Of a stretch of DNA of 64,000 bases, positions 1 to 13,988 are shown piece after piece. Origin of the DNA: an uncultured delta proteobacterium (GTDB lineage Bacteria; Desulfobacterota; Binatia; UBA9968); assembly GCA_963771465.1 (NCBI GenBank), contig CAVYTU010000012.1, positions 206,642 through 270,641 of the forward strand, in the 5' to 3' direction. The translations under genes were made by a program, and so were the position numbers. Within the stretch, counting starts at the first letter, position 1. Each line of letters begins with the position of its first letter. Under the pieces are notes generated by a model. The model saw nothing but the letters and a program-made list of their open reading frames with translations, made no database searches and was not told where the DNA came from.

Positions 1-2
1 AC

Positions 3-755
3 ACTTTTCAGGTGCTGCTGGAGTCGGCGATTATTCCGATCGTCAACGAAAACGACACGGTCGCCGTGGACGAAATGAAGTTCGGCGACAACGATCATCT
101 GTCGGCGTTGGTGGCGACGCTATTGGAAGCGGATATTCTCGTGATCTTGAGCGACGTCGATGGTGTCTACGACCAAGATCCGCGGGCGCATGAAGATGCT
201 CAGCTGATTCCGCTCATTAGCGAAGCGCGCGGCCTGCGTCAGGCGATCGGCGGCGCGAGCATGAGCGCGTTGGGCACTGGAGGGATTGTGACCAAGCTGG
301 CAGCGGCGGAAGAGGCTGCCTTGGCGGGTATTCCAACAGTAATCACGAGCGGCTTACAGAGCGGCGTGTTGGCGAAAATTTTCGATGCTAAAGAACAAGT
401 CGGCACACTGATCTTGCCGGGAGCGGACCGCTTGGCGAGCCGCAAGCATTGGATCGCATACAATTTGAAACCGAGCGGCGAGATTGTCGTCGACCAGGGC
501 GCGCACGATGCCGTGGTACAGAAAGGCAAGAGTCTTTTGCCATCGGGTTTGAAGGAAGTGCGCGGCGTTTTCGGTGTCGGGGAGTGCGTGCGTTGCTTGG
601 ACCTGGACGGCAAAGAGTTCGCCCGTGGTCTGGTCAACTACAGCGCCCAGGAGTTGAATCGGATCAGAGGATTGCATACAAGCAGGATTGAAAAAGTTCT
701 GGGCTACAAAGCTTACGAAGAGATCATTCACCGCGACGATTTGGTCATATTGTGA
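3..755 (+). CDS. proB: Glutamate 5-kinase, 5'-truncated by window edge
   Basis: IPIVNENDTV, FGDND and GTGGIVTKL kinase motifs, C-terminal PUA domain (KSLLPSG, ARGLVNY, IHRDDLV); directly upstream of proA. Confidence 0.97.
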   Translation, partial: TFQVLLESAIIPIVNENDTVAVDEMKFGDNDHLSALVATLLEADILVILSDVDGVYDQDPRAHEDAQLIPLISEARGLRQAIGGASMSALGTGGIVTKLAAAEEAALAGIPTVITSGLQSGVLAKIFDAKEQVGTLILPGADRLASRKHWIAYNLKPSGEIVVDQGAHDAVVQKGKSLLPSGLKEVRGVFGVGECVRCLDLDGKEFARGLVNYSAQELNRIRGLHTSRIEKVLGYKAYEEIIHRDDLVIL

Positions 756-762
756 GAAGCGC

Positions 763-2034
763 ATGCCGGCGACGAATGAAAAGTTAACCCAAGAGGCGCT
801 GCGGCTTGGCAAGCAGGCGAAGATGGCCGCGCGCCAATTGGCGCCGCTCGCTTCGGCGGAAAAAAATCGCGCGCTGTTGCTGATGGCCGACAAGCTCGAA
901 GCCAAGAGCGCCTTGTTGGTCGGGGAAAATCACAAAGACCTCGAGCTCGCCAAAGCCAGCGGCGCGGCGAGCGCGCTGCTCGATCGCATCGCGCTCAATC
1001 CCGGCCGGGTGCAGGCGATGGCGCAGGGACTGCGCGAAGTCGCGGCGTTGGCCGATCCAGTGCGCGAGGTGGTCAAGATGTGGCGCCGGCCCAACGGCTT
1101 GCAAGTGGGCCGCATGCGCATCCCGCTCGGCGTCATCGGCATGATCTACGAAGCGCGCCCCAACGTCACTGCGGACGCGGCGGCGCTCTGCCTCAAATCC
1201 GGCAACGCCGTGATACTGCGCGGCGGCAGCGAAGCGCATCATTCAAACCAAGCGATCGGCGCGGTGCTGCGCGAAGCTTGCGCCGAGACCCGCGTGCCGC
1301 AGGATGCGGTACAAGTCGTCCAATTCAAAGATCACGCGCTGGTCAACGAGCTGTTGCAGTTGGAAGATTATATCGATCTGATTATTCCGCGCGGCGGCGA
1401 GGATTTGATTCGCGCCGTGGTAGCGAGCTCGAAAATTCCCGTTATCAAGCACTACAAAGGCGTGTGCCATATCTACGTCGATGCCGACGCGTCGTTGGCA
1501 ATGGCCGAGCGCATCTGTTTCAACGCCAAGGTGCAGCGGCCGTCGGTGTGCAACGCCATGGAGACGCTGTTGGTTCATGAAGCCGTGGCGGCGAAATTTT
1601 TGCCCGCGATGATCGCCAAATATCAGGCGGCGGGCGTGGAGATTCGCGGTTGCGAGCGGACTTGCGAGCTGGTCGCTGGATTAAAACCAGCGTCCGATGG
1701 GGATTGGTCGACTGAATATCTCGATCTGATTCTCGCCGTGCGCGTTGTTAAAGACATGGACGCAGCGATCGCGCATATCGAGCGCTACGGTTCGGAGCAC
1801 ACCGAAAGCATCGTCACGACTAACTATCAACGGTCTCGCGAGTTCATCGATCGGGTCAATTCTTCTGCCGTGATGGTCAATGCGTCGACCCGTTTCAACG
1901 ACGGCGGTGAGCTTGGTTTAGGCGCCGAGATCGGCATTAGCACGAGTAAGATCCACGCCTTCGGGCCGATGGGTTTGGAAGAACTGACGACGACTAAGTT
2001 TATCGTCTTCGGCGACGGGCAAATCCGGGAATAG
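763..2034 (+). CDS. proA: Gamma-glutamyl phosphate reductase
   Basis: PLGVIGMIYEARPNVT, LRGGSEA, PSVCNAMETLLVH, NASTRFNDG, GAEIGIST; ATG at 763 chosen after the proB stop. Confidence 0.97.
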   Translation: MPATNEKLTQEALRLGKQAKMAARQLAPLASAEKNRALLLMADKLEAKSALLVGENHKDLELAKASGAASALLDRIALNPGRVQAMAQGLREVAALADPVREVVKMWRRPNGLQVGRMRIPLGVIGMIYEARPNVTADAAALCLKSGNAVILRGGSEAHHSNQAIGAVLREACAETRVPQDAVQVVQFKDHALVNELLQLEDYIDLIIPRGGEDLIRAVVASSKIPVIKHYKGVCHIYVDADASLAMAERICFNAKVQRPSVCNAMETLLVHEAVAAKFLPAMIAKYQAAGVEIRGCERTCELVAGLKPASDGDWSTEYLDLILAVRVVKDMDAAIAHIERYGSEHTESIVTTNYQRSREFIDRVNSSAVMVNASTRFNDGGELGLGAEIGISTSKIHAFGPMGLEELTTTKFIVFGDGQIRE

Positions 2035-2140
2035 AAAGAAGGCGGACGGATGACGGCGGAAGGCGGAAGAGGGAAACGAGTTCGTGTCGATCTATGCTGG
2101 GGTTGGTGGTCATCCTTTATCACTTGTCCTTCATTCTCAC
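2035..2140. repeat. Degenerate heptamer-repeat spacer element (purine arm, pyrimidine arm)
   Basis: GGCGGAC GGATGAC GGCGGAA GGCGGAA at 2041-2068; loosely complementary TCATCCTTTATCACTTGTCCTTCATTC near 2110-2136. Confidence 0.45.
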
Positions 2141-2165
2141 CTACATCGCGTCCGGCATTCGCCTC

Positions 2166-2822
2166 ATGAAAATCGGTATCTTCGGCGGCACCTTCGACCC
2201 GATCCATTGGGGCCATCTGCGCAGCGCCGAAGAGGTCGGCGAAACTTATCGGCTTGAGCGCATCTATTTTATTCCCGCGTCTATTCCGCCGCATAAGCGC
2301 GGCCAGACCACGACACCGGCGCGTGATCGATTGCGCATGGTGCGCCTGGCGGCGTCGCGTAATCCGCGCTTCGCGGTATCCATGGTGGAGTTGGCTCGTC
2401 CCGGCTTGTCTTATTCCGTCGATACGATCCGGGAGTTTGCCGGCAAGCTTAAAAAAACCGATGCGCTCTATTTCATCATCGGTTTAGACGCGTTTCGCGA
2501 GATCGGCACCTGGAAGGATTTCCCAGAAATATTTCCGCTTTGTAACTTCATCGTCACCTCGCGGCCCGGCAGCAAGGAGAACGATCCCCTCAAAGGCACC
2601 GGCGTTGCCGTCAAAAAACTCTTTTGTTATGATTTAAAGCATAAGAATTATCGCCATCGGAGCGGCACACGCATATACTTCATCGAGCTTACGGATATCG
2701 CCATCTCAGCTTCAGAAATACGCGCCTTGGTCCGGCAAGGAAAGTCGATTCGTTATTTAGTGCCAGCGGCAGTGGAAAAATATATCAAACAGCGCGGGCT
2801 GTACGCCAGCCGGCGCGGCTAG
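2166..2822 (+). CDS. nadD: Nicotinate-nucleotide adenylyltransferase
   Basis: MKIGIFGGTFDPIHWGHL (HxGH), PPHK, IIGLD, ISASEIR. Confidence 0.96.
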   Translation: MKIGIFGGTFDPIHWGHLRSAEEVGETYRLERIYFIPASIPPHKRGQTTTPARDRLRMVRLAASRNPRFAVSMVELARPGLSYSVDTIREFAGKLKKTDALYFIIGLDAFREIGTWKDFPEIFPLCNFIVTSRPGSKENDPLKGTGVAVKKLFCYDLKHKNYRHRSGTRIYFIELTDIAISASEIRALVRQGKSIRYLVPAAVEKYIKQRGLYASRRG

Positions 2823-2832
2823 TGGTGAAACT

Positions 2833-3240
2833 TTGAAAGACATCAGTTCTTGGGACAAAGTCTTAATGCTGACGCGCGCCGCGTTGGAGAAGAAGGCCTG
2901 TGACTTGGTCGTTTTGGACGTGCACGAACATACGTCCATCGCCGATTATTTCATCGTTTGTTCGGGCCGCTCCGACCGCCAGGTGCAAAGCATCGCGCAA
3001 GGGTTGGAAGAAGAGTCCGGTGAAGAAGGCATCAAACCCTTCGCCGTCGAAGGGGCGCAGCGCGGCCATTGGGTATTGATGGATTTCTCCGACGTGATCG
3101 TCCACATCTTCTACGAACCGGTGCGCCAGTTTTACGATCTCGACGGTCTGTGGGGTCATGCTCCGATAGCAAAGCTGCCTGAAACCTACGCCAAATTGAT
3201 CACACAGTTTCAGGCTTCCGACGAGCGCTTATCCTCGTAA
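2833..3240 (+). CDS. rsfS: Ribosome silencing factor
   Basis: DYFIVCSGRSDRQV, WVLMDFSDVIVHIF, RQFYDLDGLW; canonical position after nadD. Confidence 0.96.
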   Translation: MKDISSWDKVLMLTRAALEKKACDLVVLDVHEHTSIADYFIVCSGRSDRQVQSIAQGLEEESGEEGIKPFAVEGAQRGHWVLMDFSDVIVHIFYEPVRQFYDLDGLWGHAPIAKLPETYAKLITQFQASDERLSS

Positions 3241-3300
3241 GCGAACTTTCCCGCTTAATTCACGCTGCGGCGGGAAGTTCTAACCAGAAAGGAAATCCCC

Positions 3301-4845
3301 TTGAGCACGATTGAGCCCGTGGTTCTGATTATCTTGGACGGCTTCGGCATCAATCCGCGCAAGGATTATAACGCCATCGCCAACGCCACGAAGCCCAATC
3401 TCGACGCGTTGCTGCGGGATTACCCCAATTCCAAGCTGTCCATGTCCGGCGTCGACGTCGGTTTACCGGCGGGACAGATGGGCAATTCGGAAGTCGGCCA
3501 CATGATTCTCGGCGCCGGGCGAATTGTTTTTCAGGATTTGACTCTGATCCACAAAGATATCGACGAGGGAAAATTTTATCATAATGCCGTACTGCTCGAT
3601 GCGCTGCGCAAGGCCAAAGCGAAGAGCGACCGGCTGCATTTGATGGGACTTCTCGGTGACGGCGGCGTGCATAGCCACCAGCGGCACATGGAAGCGCTCC
3701 TGGAGATGGCCAAGCGCGAGAAACTCGGCCAGGTGTATCTCCACCTGTTTCTCGACGGCCGCGATACGCCGCCGAACAGCGCCGAGCAGTTCATGCTCGA
3801 TTTGAATGACAAGCTCAAAGCATTTCCCAACGTAAAAATCGCCACGGTGAGCGGGCGCTATTATGCCATGGACCGGGACAAACGGTGGGATCGGGTCGAG
3901 AAGGCTTATCTTTGTCTTACTGAGGGGATAGGCAATCAGGCTTCATCGGCGCTCGAAGCGATTCGCAACAGCTACAAAGAGAATGTGACCGATGAGTTCG
4001 TCTTGCCGACGACGATTGCCGGCGTGGTTCCCGATGGACTGATCCGCAACGGCGACGGCGTGATATTTTTTAACTTTCGCGCCGACCGAGCGCGCGAGTT
4101 GACGCGCGCCTTGACCGATCCGGAGTTCAAAGAGTTTTCCCGGCCGCGGCGCATCGAGCTATGCAGTTATACGACGATGACGCAGTATGACGAGACGTTT
4201 AAACATCCGGTCGCCTATCAACCGCGCGAGATTAGAAAAATTCTCGGTGAGGTGGCGAGTCAGGCCGGGGTTAAGCAATTGCGCATCGCCGAGACCGAGA
4301 AATACGCTCATGTGACGTATTTCTTCAATGGCGGCGAGGAAAAGAAGTTTCCCGGCGAAGAGCGGATTCTCATTCCGTCGCCGAAAGACGTCGCGACCTA
4401 CGATTTGAAGCCAGAGATGAGCGCCCGGCCGGTGACCGAAGCTTTGGTGAAGCACTTGCGCGAGACCGATGTCGGCCTCGTGATTGCCAACTACGCCAAC
4501 GCCGATATGGTCGGCCACACGGGCAACTTCGAGGCGTCGATTAAAGCCGTCGAGGTGATCGACGAGTGCCTCGGCAAGGTCGTCGACGCCGTGCTCGGCA
4601 AAAAAGGCAAGCTCATCATCACCGCCGACCATGGCAACATCGAGCAACTGATCGACTACGACACCGGCAAGCTGCACACCGCACATACGATCAATCTCGT
4701 GCCGGTGATTCTCATCGACGAAGAGCATCGGAAGTGCCGGCTCAATCAAGGCACGGCGATCGATGTAGCGCCGACGGTGATGCAGTTACTCGGATTGCCC
4801 CTGCCAGCCGAAATGACCGGCCATTCCTTGATCGTCGAAGCGTAG
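3301..4845 (+). CDS. gpmI: 2,3-bisphosphoglycerate-independent phosphoglycerate mutase
   Basis: GQMGNSEVGH, DGRDT, GRYYAMDRDKRW, AETEKYAHVTYFFNGG, ADMVGHTG, TADHGN. Confidence 0.97.
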   Translation: MSTIEPVVLIILDGFGINPRKDYNAIANATKPNLDALLRDYPNSKLSMSGVDVGLPAGQMGNSEVGHMILGAGRIVFQDLTLIHKDIDEGKFYHNAVLLDALRKAKAKSDRLHLMGLLGDGGVHSHQRHMEALLEMAKREKLGQVYLHLFLDGRDTPPNSAEQFMLDLNDKLKAFPNVKIATVSGRYYAMDRDKRWDRVEKAYLCLTEGIGNQASSALEAIRNSYKENVTDEFVLPTTIAGVVPDGLIRNGDGVIFFNFRADRARELTRALTDPEFKEFSRPRRIELCSYTTMTQYDETFKHPVAYQPREIRKILGEVASQAGVKQLRIAETEKYAHVTYFFNGGEEKKFPGEERILIPSPKDVATYDLKPEMSARPVTEALVKHLRETDVGLVIANYANADMVGHTGNFEASIKAVEVIDECLGKVVDAVLGKKGKLIITADHGNIEQLIDYDTGKLHTAHTINLVPVILIDEEHRKCRLNQGTAIDVAPTVMQLLGLPLPAEMTGHSLIVEA

Positions 4846-4967
4846 CGAAAAGAAAATCTCCCTCGCTTGCCCATTTCTAAGCGAAAGACTGTTTGGCACT
4901 TTTTTTTGATCGGCGGCAATTTTTGCTTTGCCAGTTGGAGCACGGATTTGATAGATTTCCTGGCGCG

Positions 4968-5735
4968 ATGGAACTGGCTGAACAGCGAAACCTTTCCGAT
5001 CGGCTCGATTGGCTGGTGGATTGGCTCTATCCGCCGCGCTGCCGCGCTTGCGCCGGGCGGATTCATGGGCGGGATGCGGAATATTTCTGCGCGGCTTGCT
5101 GGTGCCAGATCCAATTGGTTTGCCATCCGCTCTGTCGGATTTGCGGCCGGCCATTTCCCGATGCCGGCGGTGACGATCATACCTGCGGCGTTTGTCTGGA
5201 GCGCGCACCGCGTTTCGCCGCGGCGCGCGCTTGGGCCTGCTATCCGAGAGAAGAGTCGGCGGAACATCCGCTGCGTCAAGTGGTGCATAAATACAAATAC
5301 GGCCGCAAGGTCGCGCTCGGCAAACCACTCGGACGGTTGATGGCGCGCGGCTGTGCGGAGTTTCTCAGTGAATTTCACGCTGACTTGATCGTTCCGGTGC
5401 CGCTCCATGGACGAAGATTGCGCTGGCGCGGCTTCAATCAATCGTTGCTCTTGGCACGCCAAGTGAGCCGAGCTTACACCGTGCCGGTCGATCCCTTCGT
5501 CCTGCAACGGCGCAAGGAAACCGCGGCGCAAACCCAGCTTCCCGAAGACGACCGGAGGCGCAATGTGCGCGGCGCCTTTGCGCTTCATCCGGACAAATCG
5601 GTGAAAGACAAAACGGTCTTGTTGATCGACGATGTTTACACCTCGGGCGCGACAGTAAATGAATGCAGCCAAACTTTGAAGCGAGCCGGCGCCAACGAAG
5701 TCTACGTGCTGACGCTGGCGCGGGCGGTTTACTAA
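4968..5735 (+). CDS. comF: ComF family protein (double zinc ribbon plus phosphoribosyltransferase)
   Basis: CxxC pairs at the N-terminus, VPVPLH, RGFNQS, LLIDDVYTSGAT; start uncertain (ORF open from 4893). Confidence 0.9.
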   Translation: MELAEQRNLSDRLDWLVDWLYPPRCRACAGRIHGRDAEYFCAACWCQIQLVCHPLCRICGRPFPDAGGDDHTCGVCLERAPRFAAARAWACYPREESAEHPLRQVVHKYKYGRKVALGKPLGRLMARGCAEFLSEFHADLIVPVPLHGRRLRWRGFNQSLLLARQVSRAYTVPVDPFVLQRRKETAAQTQLPEDDRRRNVRGAFALHPDKSVKDKTVLLIDDVYTSGATVNECSQTLKRAGANEVYVLTLARAVY

Positions 5736-5739
5736 GGAG

Positions 5740-6336
5740 ATGCAAGGATCACTCTTGTCTCAAGAAGATCAAGTAAGATGGGATAAGCAGCACGCCGATT
5801 CTGCGGACACCGCACAACCGGCGAGTTTCTTGCGACAAGTTTTCGCAACCGACGCTTGGGCATTGCCGCGCGGGCGAGCCTTGGACATCGCCTGCGGCAA
5901 GGGGCGAAATTCTCTGTATCTTGCCGAGCTCGGCTTCGAAGTCGCCGCCATGGATATTTCTGCTGTGGCATTGGACGAAGCGCGCACACGAGCCAAATCG
6001 AGGCAGCTTTGCATCGATTGGCGCCAATCCGATCTCGAAGTCGTGCAACTCGCTGAAGCTGTGTTCGATCTAGTGGTCAACTTCAACTACTTGCAGCGCT
6101 CGCTGATTCCGCAAATCATGGGCGCGGTGAAGGTCGGCGGTTACGTTATCTTCGAAACCTATTTGATCGATCAAAGGGAGATCGGTCAGCCGAAAAATCC
6201 TGATTATCTGCTCGGCCACAACGAGTTGCTTGAACACTTCCGCGATTTCCGGGTGCTTTACTATCGCGAGGGAAAATTCACTGAAGGCGAGGAAGCTTCC
6301 TATCGCGCCGGTATCCTAGCGCAGAGAACTGTGTGA
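5740..6336 (+). CDS. Class I SAM-dependent methyltransferase (TehB-like)
   Basis: ALDIACGKGRNSLYLA motif I, DIS, VNFNYLQR. Confidence 0.85.
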   Translation: MQGSLLSQEDQVRWDKQHADSADTAQPASFLRQVFATDAWALPRGRALDIACGKGRNSLYLAELGFEVAAMDISAVALDEARTRAKSRQLCIDWRQSDLEVVQLAEAVFDLVVNFNYLQRSLIPQIMGAVKVGGYVIFETYLIDQREIGQPKNPDYLLGHNELLEHFRDFRVLYYREGKFTEGEEASYRAGILAQRTV

Positions 6337-6358
6337 GAACCCCATCGGATCTGGTTTT

Positions 6359-7042
6359 ATGGCGGTAACGATGCTTAACACCGACATCACGCATCGCTCG
6401 GCTCGATGGCTCGACCGCACCGAATATCGCCTTTGCTGTCCCCGTTGCCGCCGGCCGCGCAGCGGCTGCTACTGCTCCGTGATTTCGCCGTTCGAATCCG
6501 AGCCGCGTTTTATCATTCTCAGCCAGCCGCGCGAGGCCAAGCACCGGCTCGGCACGGGACGCATGGCTCATCTTTGTTTAGCCAACTCGGCGCTTTTCCA
6601 AGGCGTCGATTTTTCCGATGACGATCGGGTGAATCGCGAGATTGGCGACCCGGCGAATTGTCCCGTCTTACTGTACCTAAGCCGATTCTCCATCAACCTG
6701 TCACGGCTGGTTGAGAGTGAACGACAGAGGTTGTTTACCAATGATCGTAAGCTCGTCGTTTTCGTTTTGGACGGAACCTGGAAGAGCGTGCGTAAAATGA
6801 TTCGTTTGAGCAAAAACCTGGCGCGTCTGCCGACGATCTGTTTCGATCCGCCGACGCCGTCGGCATATCGGATTCGCCGCGAACCGCGCCCGCAATGTTA
6901 TTCGACCATCGAGGCGATCCATCAAGTGATCGAACTGTTCACATTCGAGGCTGCCCCTTACGGTCCATTTTCCCGGCCCCATGACACGATGCTCGGTGTC
7001 CTTCGTTCCGTGATTGAGCGCCAGTTGACCTACACGGCTTAG
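6359..7042 (+). CDS. DTW-domain tRNA-uridine aminocarboxypropyltransferase family protein
   Basis: N-terminal CPRC...CYC, VLDGTW, YRIRREP, STIEA. Confidence 0.88.
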   Translation: MAVTMLNTDITHRSARWLDRTEYRLCCPRCRRPRSGCYCSVISPFESEPRFIILSQPREAKHRLGTGRMAHLCLANSALFQGVDFSDDDRVNREIGDPANCPVLLYLSRFSINLSRLVESERQRLFTNDRKLVVFVLDGTWKSVRKMIRLSKNLARLPTICFDPPTPSAYRIRREPRPQCYSTIEAIHQVIELFTFEAAPYGPFSRPHDTMLGVLRSVIERQLTYTA

Positions 7043-7096
7043 CCGACCGCGCCTTGGCGCCGGCCCGGTCTGAGCGCCGCTTGGCGCAATCGGCCG

Positions 7097-7125
7097 TTGT
7101 TAATATCACAATATTCACATATAAT
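7097..7125 (+). promoter_or_regulatory. Sigma70 promoter of the sahR-metH operon with a probable repressor operator in the spacer
   Basis: TTGTTA (7097-7102), 17 nt, TATAAT (7120-7125); ATATCAcaatattcacATAT at 7103-7122. Confidence 0.7.
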
Positions 7126-7145
7126 GATTGACTAAGAGTCGATCC

Positions 7146-8134
7146 ATGGATTTTGTTCGCACACTCAAGGCTTTGGCCGATCCTTTGCGCCTGCGGGTTC
7201 TTGCCGCGGTGGCGGAAGAAGAGTTGACCGTCGGTGAAGTTCGCGAAGTGGTGGCTTCGGTGCAATCGTCGGTGTCGCGCAATCTGGCGATGTTGCGCGA
7301 CGCCGGCTTCGTGCGCGACCGCAAGGAAGGCACCAACGTGTATTTTTCGGTGCGTCCGGATATGGCGGCGCCGGCGCGCGAGCTGTTCAAGTCGCTGCAG
7401 TCGCGCTTTGCCGAGATCCCGGAGGTCAGAGGTGATCAAGCGCGCTTAGCGGAGTGCCGGCGCCGACGACTGCGCCGATCGGCCGGTTATTTCGAATCGG
7501 TGGCCGGGGACTGGGAGCGCATTCGCAAAAGCTATTTCGACGACCGCGTGACTTCATTGGCCATCGAGAAACTCTTGCCGCGGGATTTGACCCTGGCCGA
7601 TATCGGTTGTGGCACGGGCAGTCTGACCTTTGAATTGGCGCGCTTCGCGCATAAAGTTATCGGTGTCGACTTATCGTCGGAAATGCTTCGGCGCGCGCGC
7701 GGCGTCGCCGAAGAGCGGCGGATTCACAACGTCGAGTTCCAACAAGGGGACGCGCTCAAGTTACCGCTGGCTGCGCACAGCGTGGATGCGGCGTTTTGCG
7801 TCATGGTGTTGCATTTTCTCCCTGATCCGGCGCGCGCCGTCGCCGGCTTGTGCCGCATCGTTCGACCGGGCGGTTCGGTGATACTCGTCGACTTGGTGCA
7901 GCATAACCAGGAGTGGATGCGCGAACAGATGGCGCATCGATGGCTTGGCTTCGAGCGCAAAGCGATGGAACGGTGGTTTCGTGACGCCGGGATTGCCGAC
8001 TTGGATTACGATCTGACGGGTTCGTTTGCCGGTGAAAAAATGGCGCGCAACGGCAATCGGCCGGTGGAGATATTCGTCGCCCGTGCAAGTATGCCAGCGA
8101 AGGCAACCGGAGAATTAGCGAGAAAGAAAAATAA

Positions 8135-8138
<4 letters not shown>
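7146..8138 (+). CDS. ArsR-family HTH plus SAM-binding methyltransferase fusion regulator (SahR-like)
   Basis: [11 protein letters not shown]...[20 protein letters not shown]; ADIGCGTG methyltransferase domain; stop overlaps the metH start. Confidence 0.88.
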
Positions 8139-11833
<3,695 letters not shown>

Positions 11834-11947
11834 GCCCTGCGGTTTGTTTAGCATGTAAAGCTTCATCCGCGAGCGTCGTCGTATTTCAACGTTTCCGGAA
11901 TTCCGGAATGTCGAAGAGGGTTAGCAAAGTAAAGGAGGCAATGAAGG

Positions 11948-13093
11948 ATGGCGCAAGATTTTGTCGGTACCAAACGCTGGATACGGCCGGCCACTCCCTA
12001 TGAGCTTTACATGGAGGAGCAAAATCTCCCCATCCATCGCGGGACGGTGGGATTCTACGACCTCCGCGACCTGACTTTAGGATCTTGGCAGCGCATGGGC
12101 GCGCAAGGCGCCTTCATTGAGCTCAACGGCTGCGGCGGGCTCCAAGGGATGTACGTCATCGAGGTGCCCGGTGCCGGCGTCATCACTCCTGAAAAGCACA
12201 TGTACGAGGAGATTTTCTACGTGATCGAGGGACGCGGCACGACGGAAATCTGGAGCGATGACGCCACCAAGAAACAGACCTTTGAATGGCAAGCGGGCAG
12301 CCTGTTCTCGCCGCCGCTAAACACTTGGCACCGCATCGTCAACGCCACCTCGAGCCCAGCGTTACTACTCGGCGTGACCAATGCGCCGCCGATTTTTCAG
12401 CTGTACCGGAGCCAGGACGCCCTGTTCAACAATCCGTACCAGTTCAAGGATCGTTATGATGGCAGTGCGGATTATTTTAAAGCGCAAACCTCGCTCGGCA
12501 AAGATCCGCGCCACGGCCGCGCGCGCAACTACGGTAATATTATCCCGGATGCCGATCGCGTCGAGCTGCCGCTCGATGGCCAGCGCGGCGTCGGGCACCG
12601 AACTTTTTTCTGGAACCTGTCCGGCAATAGTTTTCAGGGGTTCATCGCGCAATACGCGCCCGGTCGCTATTCCCGCTGTCATGCCCATGAAGCTGGCCCG
12701 GTTTTACTTTGTCTCGGCGGCAAGGGTTACACGATCACATGGCCCGGCGAAGCGGGGACGACGCCTTGGGCGGATGGCAAGGGCGAATTGGTGCAGCGAC
12801 AGGACTACAAAGCTGGCGGTATCGTGAGCGCCGCTCCCGGCGACGCCGGTTGGTTCCACGGCCACTATGGCGCTTCGAAAGAACCCTTGCGTGTGCTGGC
12901 CTTTCTGGGCGGCTATCCTCGGCGGGTCAAGGGTGTGCCCGGTGTCGATTGGCGCGGCTTGAATCTCGACATCAAAGAGGGTGGCAACACCATCGAGTAT
13001 CGCGACGAAGATCCGCATATCCGCAAAATGTTTCAAGAGCAATTGGCCAAGGAAGGCGCGGACTTCAACATGCCTAATGATGCGTATTTGTAA
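11948..13093 (+). CDS. Bicupin (cupin-domain) protein, gentisate-dioxygenase-like fold, substrate unknown
   Basis: EKHMYEEIFYVIEGRG...WH and CHAH...WFHGH cupin motifs; AGGAGG RBS. Confidence 0.75.
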   Translation: MAQDFVGTKRWIRPATPYELYMEEQNLPIHRGTVGFYDLRDLTLGSWQRMGAQGAFIELNGCGGLQGMYVIEVPGAGVITPEKHMYEEIFYVIEGRGTTEIWSDDATKKQTFEWQAGSLFSPPLNTWHRIVNATSSPALLLGVTNAPPIFQLYRSQDALFNNPYQFKDRYDGSADYFKAQTSLGKDPRHGRARNYGNIIPDADRVELPLDGQRGVGHRTFFWNLSGNSFQGFIAQYAPGRYSRCHAHEAGPVLLCLGGKGYTITWPGEAGTTPWADGKGELVQRQDYKAGGIVSAAPGDAGWFHGHYGASKEPLRVLAFLGGYPRRVKGVPGVDWRGLNLDIKEGGNTIEYRDEDPHIRKMFQEQLAKEGADFNMPNDAYL

Positions 13094-13277
13094 GTCATGT
13101 GATGTCCGTCGCCCCGACTGAGTTGTCCACAGGAACTCCGGCAGCGGCGATCGAGCCTGCCGCATAAGCCGTTCACGTCTGCTCGTCAGCGAAGAGTGGG
13201 GTCCAGAAGGCGAACGCTTAAGGAATGACGACTCGCTTTGATGGATTCTGTTTTGCTCAAAACTAGGCTTGCTTCAA

Positions 13278-13988
13278 TCAATGGCGAGAGAGCGCGGCAG
13301 CGCTGGTCTTAGTTTCCGTCAAGAGACCGCCCAACTTTCTAAGCTTGTAGTGCGCTGATCCATACACCAATCCCTCATCTAAGCGGCAGCCCAGGCCAAC
13401 CGTCAACAGGAGTTGGCTATGATATTCCATATCCATCTTGTGCTCGATTTCGACGTGATAGCCGTCGATGAGGCCCGCCGGAGTGCTGAACTGCGACCGT
13501 GAAATTCGTTTTACTAAATGAGTTACGCGGCCGGCGCGTTTGAGCTTGCCGGTCTCGACGCTATACATTTTATACCCCGTCTGGCGCACAACGGCGTCGG
13601 CGGAATCGATCTTGGCCGGCAGCACGCTTAGCGCCGGTTCATAGGTGACATAGCTCTTGCTTTTGAACAGATCGAGCCGATCCATAATCAGGGCCCCCGA
13701 GCTGCTGCGCAGGGAGATGCGTCCGTAGTCGCCGAAGCTGAACGTCCATCTTTTTTCATCCGTAGGATCAGCCTGGAATGTCACCGGCACCAGTCTTCCC
13801 TGGTCCTTGCCGTCGATGATCTTGAATTCCTTCTGCGAGCTGGTGAACGGTATTAGTTCAGTGGCGGTGACATGCTGCGGTAGGGAACGCTGCGGTGTGA
13901 TGCCGGCGAGCGTCCCCGTGGCCACTAAAAGCGCAACAACGAAAACGATAAGGCGTGCACAATACATCGATTGCTGATGCTCCTTCAA
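13278..13988 (-). CDS. Hypothetical exported beta-rich protein
   Basis: 236-aa ORF, hydrophobic signal-like N-terminus, no recognised motif; start may be 13967. Confidence 0.6.
   Translation of the reverse strand: MKEHQQSMYCARLIVFVVALLVATGTLAGITPQRSLPQHVTATELIPFTSSQKEFKIIDGKDQGRLVPVTFQADPTDEKRWTFSFGDYGRISLRSSSGALIMDRLDLFKSKSYVTYEPALSVLPAKIDSADAVVRQTGYKMYSVETGKLKRAGRVTHLVKRISRSQFSTPAGLIDGYHVEIEHKMDMEYHSQLLLTVGLGCRLDEGLVYGSAHYKLRKLGGLLTETKTSAAALSRH

Noticed and set aside
2833-3300. Absence of rlmH after rsfS
   Set aside because: Common gene-order variation; no remnant is visible.
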